DNA of 19,850 nt from Macrostomum lignano (Eukaryota): NCBI GenBank assembly GCA_002269645.1, contig NIVC01005228.1, positions 1 through 19,850 on the forward strand, read 5' to 3'. A program made the position numbers and the translations under genes. A model generated the notes under the pieces. That model searched no databases and was not told the origin of the DNA. It saw nothing but the letters and a program-made list of their open reading frames with translations. Positions 1 through 11,303 of the stretch are shown in pieces. Within the stretch, counting starts at the first letter, position 1. Each line of letters begins with the position of its first letter.

Positions 1-450
1 AGAAGATAGATAAAGTGTTGAGCAATAGTAAGTGTGCTCAGAGTGTATAGTCAATCAAAACTGAACTTCCCTTTTTGCCTCGGCTGCGCCATTGAATGCA
101 AGCTTTCACTTTCATAGTTGTGAGCTACTCCAATGCACACAGGATGGTCTTCGAACTTCTCCTGTCTAAGTGTTCGCTCAGTGTACAAAAGTTTATTTAA
201 CCGTCTGAGATTCAAAAACAGAGGGTGAGCACGCGCCTTGTCTCACTTCCATTGATCGGATCCGGGGCTTTTGCATAGAAGCACTGCGCCTGCCTGGCAA
301 AATGGAGCTTGGGAGCTTGGGGACCGCTGCGGCTTCTGGGATCAGGGCCATAGGGAAGTGAGAGGATAGGGAAGAAGGAAAAGAACTGAGTGGGAGAAAA
401 GGGAAAGTTATACTCGTAGAGTCTAGGTTAAGTATCACTGAGTATCATTC
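1..450. repeat. Duplicated upstream block, copy 1 (paralogous to 4721-5200)
   Basis: Colinear near-identity with 4721-5200, e.g. shared cattgaatgcaagctttc, tagttgtgagctactcc, ctgtctaagtgttcgctcagtg, gagggtgagcacgc, gggcttttgcatagaagc, ctgcgcctgcctggca. It ends in degenerate gagtatcatt-like units, as copy 2 does. Confidence 0.9.
104..113 (-). promoter_or_regulatory. ISRE/IRF-E-like motif GAAAGTGAAA
   Basis: TTTCACTTTC on + equals GAAANNGAAA on -. It lies in the upstream block of the inferred third paralogue. Motif match only. Confidence 0.35.
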
Positions 451-1142
451 AGTGTCATCTTTAAATAACTTGAGTATATTTAAGTATCATAAAGTATTCA
501 GTATCCAGTATTACTAAGTAATCCAGCTAAAATCCAGGCACTTATTAAAAACTTGTGCCGAGAACGTTAGCATTAAGAGGAATTGTTGAAGCTGATTAAA
601 TAGTCGGTCATATAAAAATTAGACACAGAAGTAACTTTTTTTACACACGAAAGAATTTAGCTCGTATTACTTAAAAATGGGTGGGATAGGATAGAATAAA
701 TAGTGCAATGATGTACCATTTTAAGTAGTCAAAAAGTAAATTGACGGCTTCATGGAAACAGGGTCAAATATAAAATGAAAAATAAAAATAAGTTACGATT
801 TAACTGCTAAGTACACAGCCAAAAAGGGAAAATAAATAATTAAATGAATATATTTTAAATATTAAGTATAAATGTTGCGGAACATATTGTATTTGTATAA
901 ATATTCTGTTGTGGATCAAACCTTGCAGTTAACACTTGTATTTTATCGTTCGAAATAAGATATAGGCATAGCAACTCTTACAGAAAGAAAAGGAAAGCTT
1001 TAGCAGCTTTGGTTAGGAGTTGAGGTTATAGATAAGTAAGAGGTTATAGATAGCTCGTAAAGTAAAGAAAGTAAAGAATCAAGTCTATCATTGAAAGAAT
1101 AAATAACGGTCAAGCTATTCTTCAGGGCACAACATATTCCGT

Positions 1143-2060
1143 CTATTTGATTCCGTACATCCTCATCTTAGCCTCCATCTCAGCCATCCTTGCCCTCTGT
1201 TCATCGAGCTCCTGCTGCTGCAGAGCGATGCGGTCGTCCTTCTCCAGGTCTTTTCGATAGAATTCCAGTGCGGTCTGCAGCGCTTCGATCGCCTTCTTGT
1301 CCAGCTGGATGGTTTCGGCTTTGTCTCCGCTGCTCTTCAGCCTCTTGGCGATAACTTCCAGTTGGTTTGAGTCGTCTCTGAAGCCTCTGGCCAGCTCACG
1401 CATCGCCTTCACATCGACCACTGTGTTCCTGGCCACCACACCGGCTCCAACGCCGCAGGCTGTGCCAGCAGCGGCACCAGCTGCAATCCAGGCGAGTCCG
1501 CCGGTGAAGAAGCCGAGAGCCGCGAGCCCGATCCCTCCAATCGCCAGGCCGGCAGTCTTTGCCGCTCCCCTGTTTCTCGTGCTGTTCGCTTCCTTCTCCA
1601 GCTCATCCGCTTTCTGCTTCAGCTTATCAGTGAGTTTCGTGGCGATTTGCTGTGCTTTGAGCAAGTGGCCGATGAATTCATCGAATGCGGCTGAGAAGTC
1701 GCTCGCCATTCTATGAGTAGAGATGAGCATCTCACAGAACTCCCTGACTACTTCTGGAGGGACGCTGCTCTTGATTTTTGTACTCACGAATCTCTCGAAC
1801 ACTTGGATTTCTTTCCCGAAGTTCTGGAGCCAGACTTCCAGCTTGGATCCGGAGCTCCGCACTTTTTCCAGCTGCAGCTTCAGTTCCTTCAGCAGCGGCT
1901 CATTGGGCAGGTCGAGTTGATCCACCTCGCTTGCGTGCTTCTTCGTTTGCTCGATAACTCTGTACAGCTCGGTTCTATCGTCTTGGAGCAACTTCATCGT
2001 TTTGACAGCCTTGCTGATGCCGCTCAGGACGTCGCCGATCTCTCCCAGCTTCTCAGCCAT
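1143..2060 (-). CDS. Apolipoprotein-L-like / alpha-helical pore-forming-like protein, paralogue A (305 aa, intronless)
   Basis: Open ATG-TAG ORF, GC-rich against AT-rich flanks. Long amphipathic/coiled-coil helices flank a Gly/Ala-rich hydrophobic hairpin (AGLAIGGIGLAALGFFTGGLAWIAAGAAAGTACGVGAGVV) whose FTGG core recalls the APOL LAPFTxG motif. Clear paralogue at 3572-4531. The CDS is secure; the family assignment is by pattern only. Confidence 0.8.
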   Translation of the reverse strand: MAEKLGEIGDVLSGISKAVKTMKLLQDDRTELYRVIEQTKKHASEVDQLDLPNEPLLKELKLQLEKVRSSGSKLEVWLQNFGKEIQVFERFVSTKIKSSVPPEVVREFCEMLISTHRMASDFSAAFDEFIGHLLKAQQIATKLTDKLKQKADELEKEANSTRNRGAAKTAGLAIGGIGLAALGFFTGGLAWIAAGAAAGTACGVGAGVVARNTVVDVKAMRELARGFRDDSNQLEVIAKRLKSSGDKAETIQLDKKAIEALQTALEFYRKDLEKDDRIALQQQELDEQRARMAEMEAKMRMYGIK

Positions 2061-2151
2061 GACTCTTCGAATAGTTTATGTATTGCTTTTGTTTGGAACT
2101 GCTTCACGATTGTCTTTTCTTAAGCTATACGCGTTTTTTAGCGTATGCAAA

Positions 2152-2161
2152 TTTCGGTTTC
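2152..2161 (-). promoter_or_regulatory. ISRE-like motif GAAACCGAAA about 92 bp upstream of the paralogue A ATG
   Basis: TTTCGGTTTC on +, the same core as the classic ISG15-type ISRE, proximal to the ATG at 2060. Motif match only. Confidence 0.4.
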
Positions 2162-2666
2162 TGGAAAAGTATTTAAGATTATAGAGTGAGCAGCTCGCGC
2201 TTGATTTTCCAAAAAAAGTTTTGGCACCCAAATAAATAGAAAATGAGAATGGGCTGAAACACATGCTCACGTAGTTGTTGGTACCTTGTTAAAGATACAG
2301 CCATTTATGCATTTTTCAGTACACTATTTAATGAATTATCTCTTGCATTTTACCCTCCACTTGAGCATATTTGTCATAGTGCAAGTCAGCTCTGCCCTGG
2401 TACCCTGATTCGCGAGCATCTCAACAATGGCGTACGATAATTCCAATGAATTATGTGCTCAAAACGCACGTGTTTTGCCTTACCTTGAGATTCTCGCAGC
2501 TGGAGGCAAAACGCTCTTGCAGTTGCAGGTGTGCATATTAATTAAACCGAACTTCCCTTTCTAATAAGCTCAATGCACAGCTCGGTGCCGCAGCACCAGT
2601 CTGCAAGTCTGCAATCTGCTATGACAAGCTTTGCAGAATCTCGCTCTTGAAAGCGTGGTTCATGGC

Positions 2667-3138
<472 letters not shown>

Positions 3139-3260
3139 CTCTCCGGGGCAACCCCGAGACCGAAATCGAAGCAAGATCAGACATTGGTATTTCACTTTCT
3201 GTGTCGTTAAAATGTTGGTGTCCAAATCTTGGCACGGACATGTGATTTTTAAACAATCAT
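3139..3260 (-). mobile_element. Possible 3' end of a SINE/LINE whose (TAC)n tail seeded the microsatellite
   Basis: On the - strand the hairpin CTCGGGG-TTG-CCCCGGAG (3141-3158) sits directly before the (TAC)n tract. No upstream body is recognisable. Confidence 0.3.
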
Positions 3261-3571
3261 TTTCGAATTAAACTTCGTATAATACACCTTCAAAAGTACC
3301 ACTCATATTTGAAATACTATTTAATTGTACTCAGTATAGCTGTAAAGCATGGTAATAAAAGCAGTATACTAACATACTCACATAAGCTGCAATACCAGCT
3401 CAATGATTGAAGTACCACTTCGAGAAAAATTACATTTGTTTTGTCTGGTGTAAATAGTAAATCGAAAATAAAACTACTCTGAGTTCTGCCTGCTTTTGCC
3501 TAAATGAAACCAAAGAAACATTACAATGAATTTTAAGTTAGTTATTTAATGAAAAGATAAGAAAATTTTAT

Positions 3572-4531
3572 CTATTTAATGCCGTGCATCCTCATCTTGG
3601 CCTCCAACTCAGCAATCCTTGCATCCATTGCATCGCGCTGCTCCTGCTGCCGCCGAGCGATGCGGCCGTCCTGGTCCAGAAGTAGAAATCCAGCTCCACT
3701 TGCTTCACCACCGCTTTCATCCGGGCTTTCATCCCTGCTGAGCAGCTCCAACAGTGTCTGCAGCGCCTCGATGTCCTCGTCTAGTCGGATGCGTCCGGCC
3801 TTGTCGAGAATGCTCTCAATATTCCTTGCTATAACAGCTAGTTTCATTGAGCAATTTCGCATGTTCTCAACCTGCCGTTGTTTTGTTTTTGCGTTAGCGA
3901 CAGTGGTTGCAGCAACGGCACCGGCAGCGACACTAGAGGTGGCTCCAGCGGTAGCGGCGGCAGCTGCGGCTGCAGCGGCCACCAGGGCAGCTCCTCCAGT
4001 AAATAAACTGACGGCCGCGAGCCCGGCTCCTCCAACAGCCAGACCGGCTGCTCCTGCCGCCCCTCGGATTCTCGTCTGGTGCTTTTGCCGCTTGAGCTCC
4101 TCCGCCTTCTGTGTGAGCCTCTCACAGAGCTTCTTTGCGAGCCGATGCGAGTCATTCAGTCCGTCGTTGAATCTTCCAAGAGCTTCACGCGAGTCTCTGA
4201 GACTCCGAATTGATTGCTGCACCTTTTCACAAAACTCTCTCTTTGCTTCACGAGTAAACTCGCTAGAGACGGGAAACAGTCGTTGAAAATGGTTGAACAA
4301 TTCTTTTACTTCCGAGTACCGACACCACGACATGAGCTCGTATCCAATATCGCATACGCTCTGCAGTGCCCGTCTCAGTTTCTCTGACTTCGGCTCATCA
4401 GTCAGTCTTATTTCTTCCATTTGTGTGGCCAGGTGATTCGTCTCCTCGATAAGACAGTGCAGCTCATAACTGCATCCATTAGATGTTGACGTCCTGAAAA
4501 TTCGCGATGCAAAATATGCAAGCTCAGCCAT
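3572..4531 (-). CDS. Apolipoprotein-L-like / alpha-helical pore-forming-like protein, paralogue B (319 aa, intronless)
   Basis: Open ATG-TAG ORF. Shares with paralogue A the segments QKA(D/E)EL, RGAAxxAGLA(I/V)GGxGLAAxxxFTGG, IEALQT and the C-terminus AR(M/I)AE(M/L)EAKMRMxGIK. Carries an extra acidic/Gly insert (DESPDESGGEASGAGF). Confidence 0.8.
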   Translation of the reverse strand: MAELAYFASRIFRTSTSNGCSYELHCLIEETNHLATQMEEIRLTDEPKSEKLRRALQSVCDIGYELMSWCRYSEVKELFNHFQRLFPVSSEFTREAKREFCEKVQQSIRSLRDSREALGRFNDGLNDSHRLAKKLCERLTQKAEELKRQKHQTRIRGAAGAAGLAVGGAGLAAVSLFTGGAALVAAAAAAAAATAGATSSVAAGAVAATTVANAKTKQRQVENMRNCSMKLAVIARNIESILDKAGRIRLDEDIEALQTLLELLSRDESPDESGGEASGAGFLLLDQDGRIARRQQEQRDAMDARIAELEAKMRMHGIK

Positions 4532-4720
4532 GGTTTTCTACACTTTCTGCTTGGCGAAAGCACAGACAAGCATATGAATTAATCCTTCAACCCGTTGAGT
4601 GAAGCAGAGGATGGAACACAAATGGAGTTCAAGTGTACTAATTTAGCCGCATCGTTGGCCAGTCATTTAAGCCTTGAATTGTCTTGAGGCGGGGCTCAGC
4701 GTCTGAGCAGCAGACATGAG

Positions 4721-5200
4721 AGAGATAGCTAAAATCGATTAAGCAGCAGTAAGTGTTGCTCAGAGTGTACTCAATAAAACAGAACTTCCATTTTTGCCTC
4801 GGCTAGGCCATTGAATGCAAGCTTTCGAGTACATACTGGTAGTTGTGAGCTACTCCTATGCACAGTACGTTCTCGAACTTCTCCCTGTCTAAGTGTTCGC
4901 TCAGTGCAAAATAAGTTTATTTATCCGTCTGAGATTTAGCAAATAGAGGGTGAGCACGCACATTGTCTCACTTCAATGAGCAAATCCAGGGCTTTTGCAT
5001 AGAAGCTCTGCGCCTGCCTGGCAGCATGAGGCTTGCGGGGCTTGGGGGACCGCTGAGTGCGGCTTCTGGGGCGATACGGAAGTGGAGGATAGGGGAGAAG
5101 GATAATAACTGGGAGGGGAGAAAAGGGACAGGGTGTAGAGACAGGCGAAAATTATGGAGACGAGCTCGTCCCGGTTGAATATCACTGAGTATCTCTGAGT
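4721..5200. repeat. Duplicated upstream block, copy 2 (putative promoter of paralogue B)
   Basis: Starts about 190 bp upstream of the ATG at 4531 and is colinear with 1-450. Confidence 0.9.
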
Positions 5201-5578
5201 GTCATTGAGTATCATTGAGTATCATTGAGTATCATTGAGTATCGTTGAGTGTCACTGAGTGTCACTGAGTGTCATTGAGTATCATTGAGTATCATTTAGT
5301 ATCATTGAGTATCGTTGAGTGTCACTGAGTGTCACTGAGTGTCATTGAGTATCATTGAGTATCATTTAGTATCATTGAGTATCGTTGAGTGTCACTGAGT
5401 GTCACTGAGTGTCATTGAGTATCATTGAGCATCATTGGCTATCATTAAGTATTATTGCGCAGTGGAATTGATCATTGAATGATATCGAGTATCATTGAGT
5501 ATCATTGAGTATCATTTAGTATCTTTGAGTGTCATTGAGTATCGTTGAGTATCATTGAGTATCGTTGGGCATCATTCA
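5177..5578. repeat. 10-bp minisatellite (GAGTATCATT)n with a 70-bp higher-order repeat
   Basis: The variant unit atcgttgagt recurs at 5241, 5311 and 5381, and atcatttagt at 5291 and 5361, giving a 7 x 10 bp periodicity. Confidence 0.97.
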
Positions 5579-5915
5579 GCCTTGAGATCGCTAACTCGAA
5601 TGTGTCCTTAGGCCAGTAGGCTTAATAATCAATTCTAACACCTCCTTACATCTTACTTTTTGCTCATGAAAATTCTGCATCTAGCGGCTCATCTTAAGTC
5701 ATTACTACTAAGCACTACAAATTAAACTCACAATACTACTAATACTAACACTACAGTTTGTACTAGTCTGCAGTTGCTAAACCAGTAAAGTCTAAATCAA
5801 GACAATGAAATCGTTAAATAAATAAAATAATTGTTCGGTAGAGATTCCGTCTATTGGGGTTGGTGAGTTGGTTAGGTTCAATTGACTTTAATCATGTTGC
5901 ATTGATCATTGAAGC

Positions 5916-6070
5916 GTGATCAGTGACAATGAAGAAAAAAAACTCTGGGAACCTGTGCTGGGCAACAGTTCTCCAATGCAGCTTCTTCGCAAATGCGTAA
6001 GTGGGTTGCACTTCGCTCTCCGCGGCGTAAAAGAGCACAGCAATCTAGACATTGGGCAATTTAGAAATCA
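5916..6070 (+). pseudogene. Relic of a Crypton-type DUF3504 tyrosine recombinase
   Basis: Translation ISDNEEKKLWEPVLGNSSPMQLLR..GLHFALRGVKEHSNLDIGQF follows the DUF3504 pattern EExxLWxxGxLG...PxxL...GxxFxLRGxxEHxxL, including the first catalytic Arg (6021-6023). There is an in-frame stop at 5910, no ATG, and the C-terminal HxxR/H/Y motifs were not found. Confidence 0.7.
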
Positions 6071-7796
6071 GGAGAGAAATGGTAGGCGTAACAACAACAA
6101 ACAACAAAATACGCAATTAGCGTCACAGGGCGCGCTTCAAGGCCAGGTCGCGAACGAACGCCACACCACCGGCCGAATCCGGGGCGCCGGCGTCAGCCAG
6201 CAGGCAGTCGACGAAACGCAGAGTGCGCGCCTGCCCCGCCGGTAGGGTGCCTGCAGCGTTAGCAGCTGTTGCCAGCTGTTGGATCTGGTAAATCTCTTTA
6301 AATCTCTTTATTAGGACTTGCTAAGCATTACGGGAAATATCACTCAGCAACATCGAAAAGTCGCAATCACATAAGATTCCGTCTGTGGTCGCCACTTTTG
6401 AGAGTGCAGGTAAAGTCTCTCAATCTTTGCGAGTGTCGCAACTCAGCTACGCCGCGGCAGACTTGAGTTGAGGAATGAAGTGGAGCAGCGATGTGAGAGG
6501 GTTGGGCGGATTAAAGCTACCCCGATCACTTTTCTCATGTCTTTTATTTCAGAATAAAAGTCCAAGTCCAAGAGAAATTGCTCACTGGCGCATAGAATTG
6601 TCGACTTTTTCAAAGTTGCTGAGTGTATTTTAACGATATATTATAGAATATTCATCAGCGAGAAAAACTTTTCGCTTACGGGCACAATGCACTGCGGCAA
6701 ATCTGGGCGGCCAGTTCGTCCTGTCTGCGGCCAATTCTCATGGACCCGTTCTCTCTGGACCTCTCTGTCCAATTCAATCTTGTTATTCTTATCTTTTTCT
6801 CCCTAGCTGCCTTCTGATTGGCTCCTCAATCTCGCCTCTTTCCTTAGCCGCGCATTCCACCCCTCCGTTTATTATTAGGACTGTCGCGTTGTTTAGGAGT
6901 TCAACTAAGTAAGCACGATGATTTGGTAAAATAAACGATGTCTCTGTTTCGATATATTATTAGTCATAAACGATGCTAACAAAATCGATACAAAAAATAA
7001 TTATTGGCGGGGCGGTGGCGGGGCGCACGTGGACTAAATGGGGTGGTGTGCACACTAGATGTACGCAATCAATAACTCAATAATAGTCATTTAATTAGTC
7101 ATTTAGCGCAAGTACAGCGGCAGGCTCAAACGCTGCCTCATGGACTCAACCCTCCCCTCCAATTCAATGTCATAAATACCAATTTGGGCCCGGCGCCCCA
7201 CCTTATTTCTCTACACTGACCGCTTTACACAGCCTATCGCTTAATCATTTGCTTAGCTCAATTCGGTTAGTTGCGAAGCTCGGCCATAGACTATGATTTT
7301 AGCGCCCTGTATTGAGAATTTTTATTTTAGCAGCTTTCGCAATCTCCCCAGTTTAGCCTATGATCTGTGGGCTCAGTTGCAGTGCAGTTCATTCTGAGCG
7401 CCTTTCCCCAGCTTGTATTCAGCAGAGGCGAGCGAGCAGCGAGCAAATCTGAGGCTTTGTTTTTTTTTAGCAAAGGACCTGACTGGGTAAGTTCAACTTC
7501 TGACAGATTCTGCTATGCCTAATAGGAGCTATATGGAATATTTGTTCGCAAAGAGATTCCATAGGGACCTATTTTATTGCATAGCATAGCTTTAAAGTAG
7601 AGACTTGACGTACAGTTTAGATGGCAATGCTTTACAGTTTTTGTTCTATGTTATATAAAAGCAATATAGATTAAGAGAACTCTGTCATCGTGACAGCCTA
7701 TCTGTCATGTCATTCTTTATTTCGACTTCTTGCTTTTTCAATTTAAATTTGCTGTAGCAGCAGCAGCAGCAGTCTAATGCTCTCTATTTACTGTTT

Positions 7797-8310
7797 GTTG
7801 AGTCTCCGAGATCTCAAACATAAGGTTAGAAATCAAATGTTTTACTTGATGGCAAGTGGCCCAAAACTACGCTTGAGAAGTTTTGTGGGACTTCTTCAAG
7901 TTTATGTTGATAAAATAGTTGCAATTTTGATAGGATCATAAATTTGTCTCTATAAGGGTTTTTGATGGTGCTGATTTCAAATTTGAGATCCATTTTTTGG
8001 TAGCTTTAACCCAATTATATGTAGCTTAAAACCAACCACCGGGGCATGGGGAATGGGGGGTTTTAGGGTGGGGAGATTCTTCATGGGGATTGATTTTATC
8101 AACATAAACTTGAATAGAGACATGGAGACCTATTCAAGATTGTGTTGATTTATTCCCATCCTAATAGGGGGGGGGGTCGTAGCTTAAAACCGACCACCGG
8201 GGCATGGGGAATGGGGGGTTTTAGAGTGGGGAGATTCTTCATGGGGATTGATTTTATCAACATAAACTTGAATAGAGGGCATGGAGACCTACTCAAAAAT
8301 GTGTTGATGA
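7797..8310. mobile_element. Fold-back MITE-like element with a tandemly duplicated right arm
   Basis: ttcaagtttatgttgataaaat (about 7895-7917) is inverted against attttatcaacataaacttgaa at about 8093-8113 and 8251-8272. 8021-8149 and 8179-8308 are a 158-bp-period tandem duplication. No TSD resolved. Confidence 0.55.
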
Positions 8311-8674
8311 ATTCCGCCGTATTACAACAAATAGCATATAAGAAAAAGACTTAAATGAAACACTCACCTTTATTAAATGCATCTTATATGTTGATCCTCA
8401 ATTGACAAATTAGACAAACGGACACCGGGGTTCAATAAATAGCTTAGTATATAGATAACTTATACTCTAAGATACAATTTATAGTAACATATTTTGGCAA
8501 CAGCAACACTCAATTTCAGAGGCAAACTAGCAATCTTCGCCCCCCGTTGGGGGACATCTGTATAGAATCTCTGTTCTCTACAAGTAACAAAAAGATAGCG
8601 AAATAAAGCCTTCACAAAGAAAACAGACAAAATACTCAAATGAAGTGCAATGCAAAAAGAAATCATCGCAAGAC

Positions 8675-8810
8675 AGCAAGCATCCCCCACATAGCAAGCA
8701 TCCCCCAGATTGCAAGCATCCCCCGAATAGCAAGCATCCCCCAGATAGCAAGCATCCCCCAGATAGCAAGCATCCCCCAGATAGCAAGAATAAGCCGAAT
8801 AAGCAAGGGA
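8675..8810. repeat. 18-bp tandem repeat AGCAAGCATCCCCCAGAT, 6 copies plus degenerate copies
   Basis: Units start at 8675, 8693, 8711, 8729, 8747 and 8765, then decay. Confidence 0.97.
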
Positions 8811-10204
8811 CAAATTGAAACGGTTTTCCTAAATTTTTCTATTGTTACATATTAAATATGTTTGTACTCACAAAAGTATTGCTATTATCTCTGCGATTCT
8901 TGGTTGCTATTATCTCTTTGTGATTTTTATTAGAATTATATAGCATAAAAATTACGCATTTCATGCACATTTGTACAAAGCAATGTAACATCCGTAAGAA
9001 TGCAGTATTAGTATTTAAACAAAGATAAATAGACTTGCCACACAGAAAGTAAGGTTTATCTGTGAAGAAATAAAAATGATAAGTTAAGGCATTTTTAAAC
9101 AGTAACCTAGAGATTAGTCATTTTTTTACATACACATTGGTTGATGACAACTCGCACTGAAATTAATTTGAGCCGAAAATTGTTGTTTTTATAATAATGC
9201 CCTACTATGACCATACATACAGAATAAACTGCATGACGCGTACTAAAACGAACAATATTTGTACTGCAGTGGTCCTTAAAACAGATTTTATGAAAAGTTA
9301 CAATGGCAAGAACAAATAGATGTTGCTTCTTGAATCTTGATTTAATACATATACATAAAAATCTTCAAAGTGTCTTTCACTTTACATATCAAATCTCCAT
9401 TTTAAGTCAAGTTAATAATGGATAAGCCTAGTAGCTAAATTCAGTGGTGACTGCAAATCGTACGAAAACTTATATCAGTAATGAAGGACTTAAAAGGGCC
9501 TCGATTATTTCTCACTGTTGACTGTTATCTTTTATTGGTTTTATAATTTCAAAAATGTGCAGCAGCAAAAGAATATTAATTGGTGTATTTTTATGGGAAT
9601 ATTATCCATTCAACAGCTCAATTTGTCTTTATTGAATACATACTCATATCAACTATGCTGCTTTACTAATACATTGTTAAACAGTACCACCAAAATGTTG
9701 AATTCGTCCATTTTCTCTGCCCTTATTTCATTGATTATTCTACTTATAGATTATATTTTCCATAAAAAATACATACACCAAAATTTAAAGTCTTTATGCG
9801 ATAATTAAGCTATCGCAGTCCATTCCTGCGAATACCAATAAAAGTGACTTCCAAAGTTATTACTTATTAGTAGTGTCCGAATCAGAATAAACTATTAACA
9901 CAAAAAATGCATGAGAAACAAAAAGTAAATTTCGGCAGTTTTTTATATATTATTATAGTAAATGTATAGTTTTGGCCAATAAATAAATAGAATTCTTGTG
10001 AACGAAGGCCGAAATGAAGAGTGAATTTCGTTAAATTACATTCACCAACAAGACAACTCCGAATATTTAGCACAATATTTCTTTGCACACATGCCTTGTA
10101 TGATTTTCTTGCAAAAGGCTTACCAACAAGATAGCCCATTGCACAATTTATATACATTTAATTATTTTGGTGATTTATTACATTTAATTATCTGTTTTGA
10201 CATG

Positions 10205-10319
10205 TTTATGTTTGACGCGGTGGCTGTTTTATGTACGACATGGTGGCTCTTTAGTGTTTGACATGGCGGCTCTTTTATGTTTTACATGGTGCCTCTTTAA
10301 TGTATGACATTGTGGCTCC
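10205..10319. repeat. 23-bp tandem repeat x5, consensus TTTATGTTTGACATGGTGGCTCT
   Basis: Five diverged units in register from 10205 with a conserved GACATGGTGGC core. Confidence 0.9.
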
Positions 10320-10605
10320 TTTTGTTTGAAGAACCAAAAAAACCAAAAGACTCATTATTAAAACGGATTTATCATAAGACAAAGAGCTTTACTTTACTTA
10401 AATTGGTAAAGTGCTCCTAAGGTGCTCCTAACTCAGCATTTTAGTCGTAGTTTAACTTACTTAATCACTTAATCAAATTTTTATTTATTTTTTAATCCAT
10501 TTTTTACTTAATCAAATACTTAACCTAGTTAACAGCAAAAATAGTTATAAATAGTCAAAATACAAATAGTCAAATAGTTAACAGCACAGAAATTAAAAAA
10601 ATGAT

Positions 10606-11216
10606 TCATTCTTCAACGACAGTGCTGCGGCTGCGGCTGCGGCTGCGGCTGCGGCTGCGGCTGCGGCTGCGGCGGCGAGGTAGGTCTCTGCACTCTGCCG
10701 CAATGTGGCCGCGCCGCAGGCAGAATCTGCAGAGTCCAACTGTGAAAAGAAAGCGATTAGATTTGTCAATATTAGTTTTGACGTATATTCACTTCACACG
10801 AAATGAGTGGTCAAACGAAAACTGATTTAGTCAAAACTACCCCTCTAAACAAACTCGTAATACAATTAACTTACGTGCGCGCATTTCGTCTCTCACAAAT
10901 CGAGTTCGCGCTGAGCGCGAGTGTAGCTGCAGTTGATGCTGTTGCTGTTGCTGTTGCGGTTGTTGTTGTTGCTGTTGTTGTTGTTGCAGTTGTTGTTGTT
11001 GCTGTTGTTGTTGCTGCTCCTCTTGCTGTTGCTGCTGTTGCTGCATCGGCCAGGGTGCCGGTGGGAGAATAGGGGGTGGGTATGGGTTGGGATAGGGCAT
11101 CCCAGTAGATGGGGGGGATAAAATACACCAGGAAATGGATAGGGATAGGGATAGGGATAGGGATACGGATAGGGATTGGGATAACTTAGGTAGGGATTAC
11201 TTAGGTACGGATTCAT
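10606..11216 (-). CDS. Spliced gene: Pro/Tyr-rich low-complexity, polyQ, CCHC zinc knuckle, RS tail. Exons 11216 (or 11100)-10875 and 10739-10606
   Basis: The donor C|GTAAGT at 10874 and acceptor TTTCTTTTCACAG at 10740 are phase-compatible. The spliced product reads FVRDEMRALGLCRFCLRRGHIAAECRDLPRR(RS)8TVVEE*, a C-x2-C-x4-H-x4-C knuckle. ATG 11100 gives 119 aa with no correction. ATG 11216 needs one extra base in the G7 run at 11111-11117. Confidence 0.8.
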
Positions 11217-11303
11217 AGTACTGGAAAAAAGACTGGCGTGGGCTTTTAAACTTATTTTTTATTTTGTTCGGGCGTATAGTGAAATTGTTAAGAACAGAGT
11301 TGG

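Noticed and set aside
193-438. Similar small ORFs at 193-438 and 4973-5215
   Set aside because: They lie in the duplicated upstream blocks; frames and lengths are not conserved between copies and they have no real ATG context.
1297-1716. 139-aa + strand ORF, and the 235-aa ORF at 3579-4286
   Set aside because: Antisense shadows of the GC-rich APOL-like CDSs with no independent motifs.
5177-5578. Possible CRISPR array (also considered for 8675-8810 and 10205-10319)
   Set aside because: Head-to-tail tandem units with no unique spacers, no cas genes, and a eukaryotic context.
8860-10200. AT-rich ORFs at 9518-9808 and 9882-10157
   Set aside because: No recognisable motifs, non-ATG or weak starts, and composition typical of intergenic DNA.
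10803-11128. PolyV, polyT, polyL and polyN alternative frames, and the (RL)n ORF at 10601-10825
   Set aside because: Alternative readings of the CAG/CAA and CGCAGC repeats. Only the spliced polyQ-knuckle-RS frame has splice signals and a domain.
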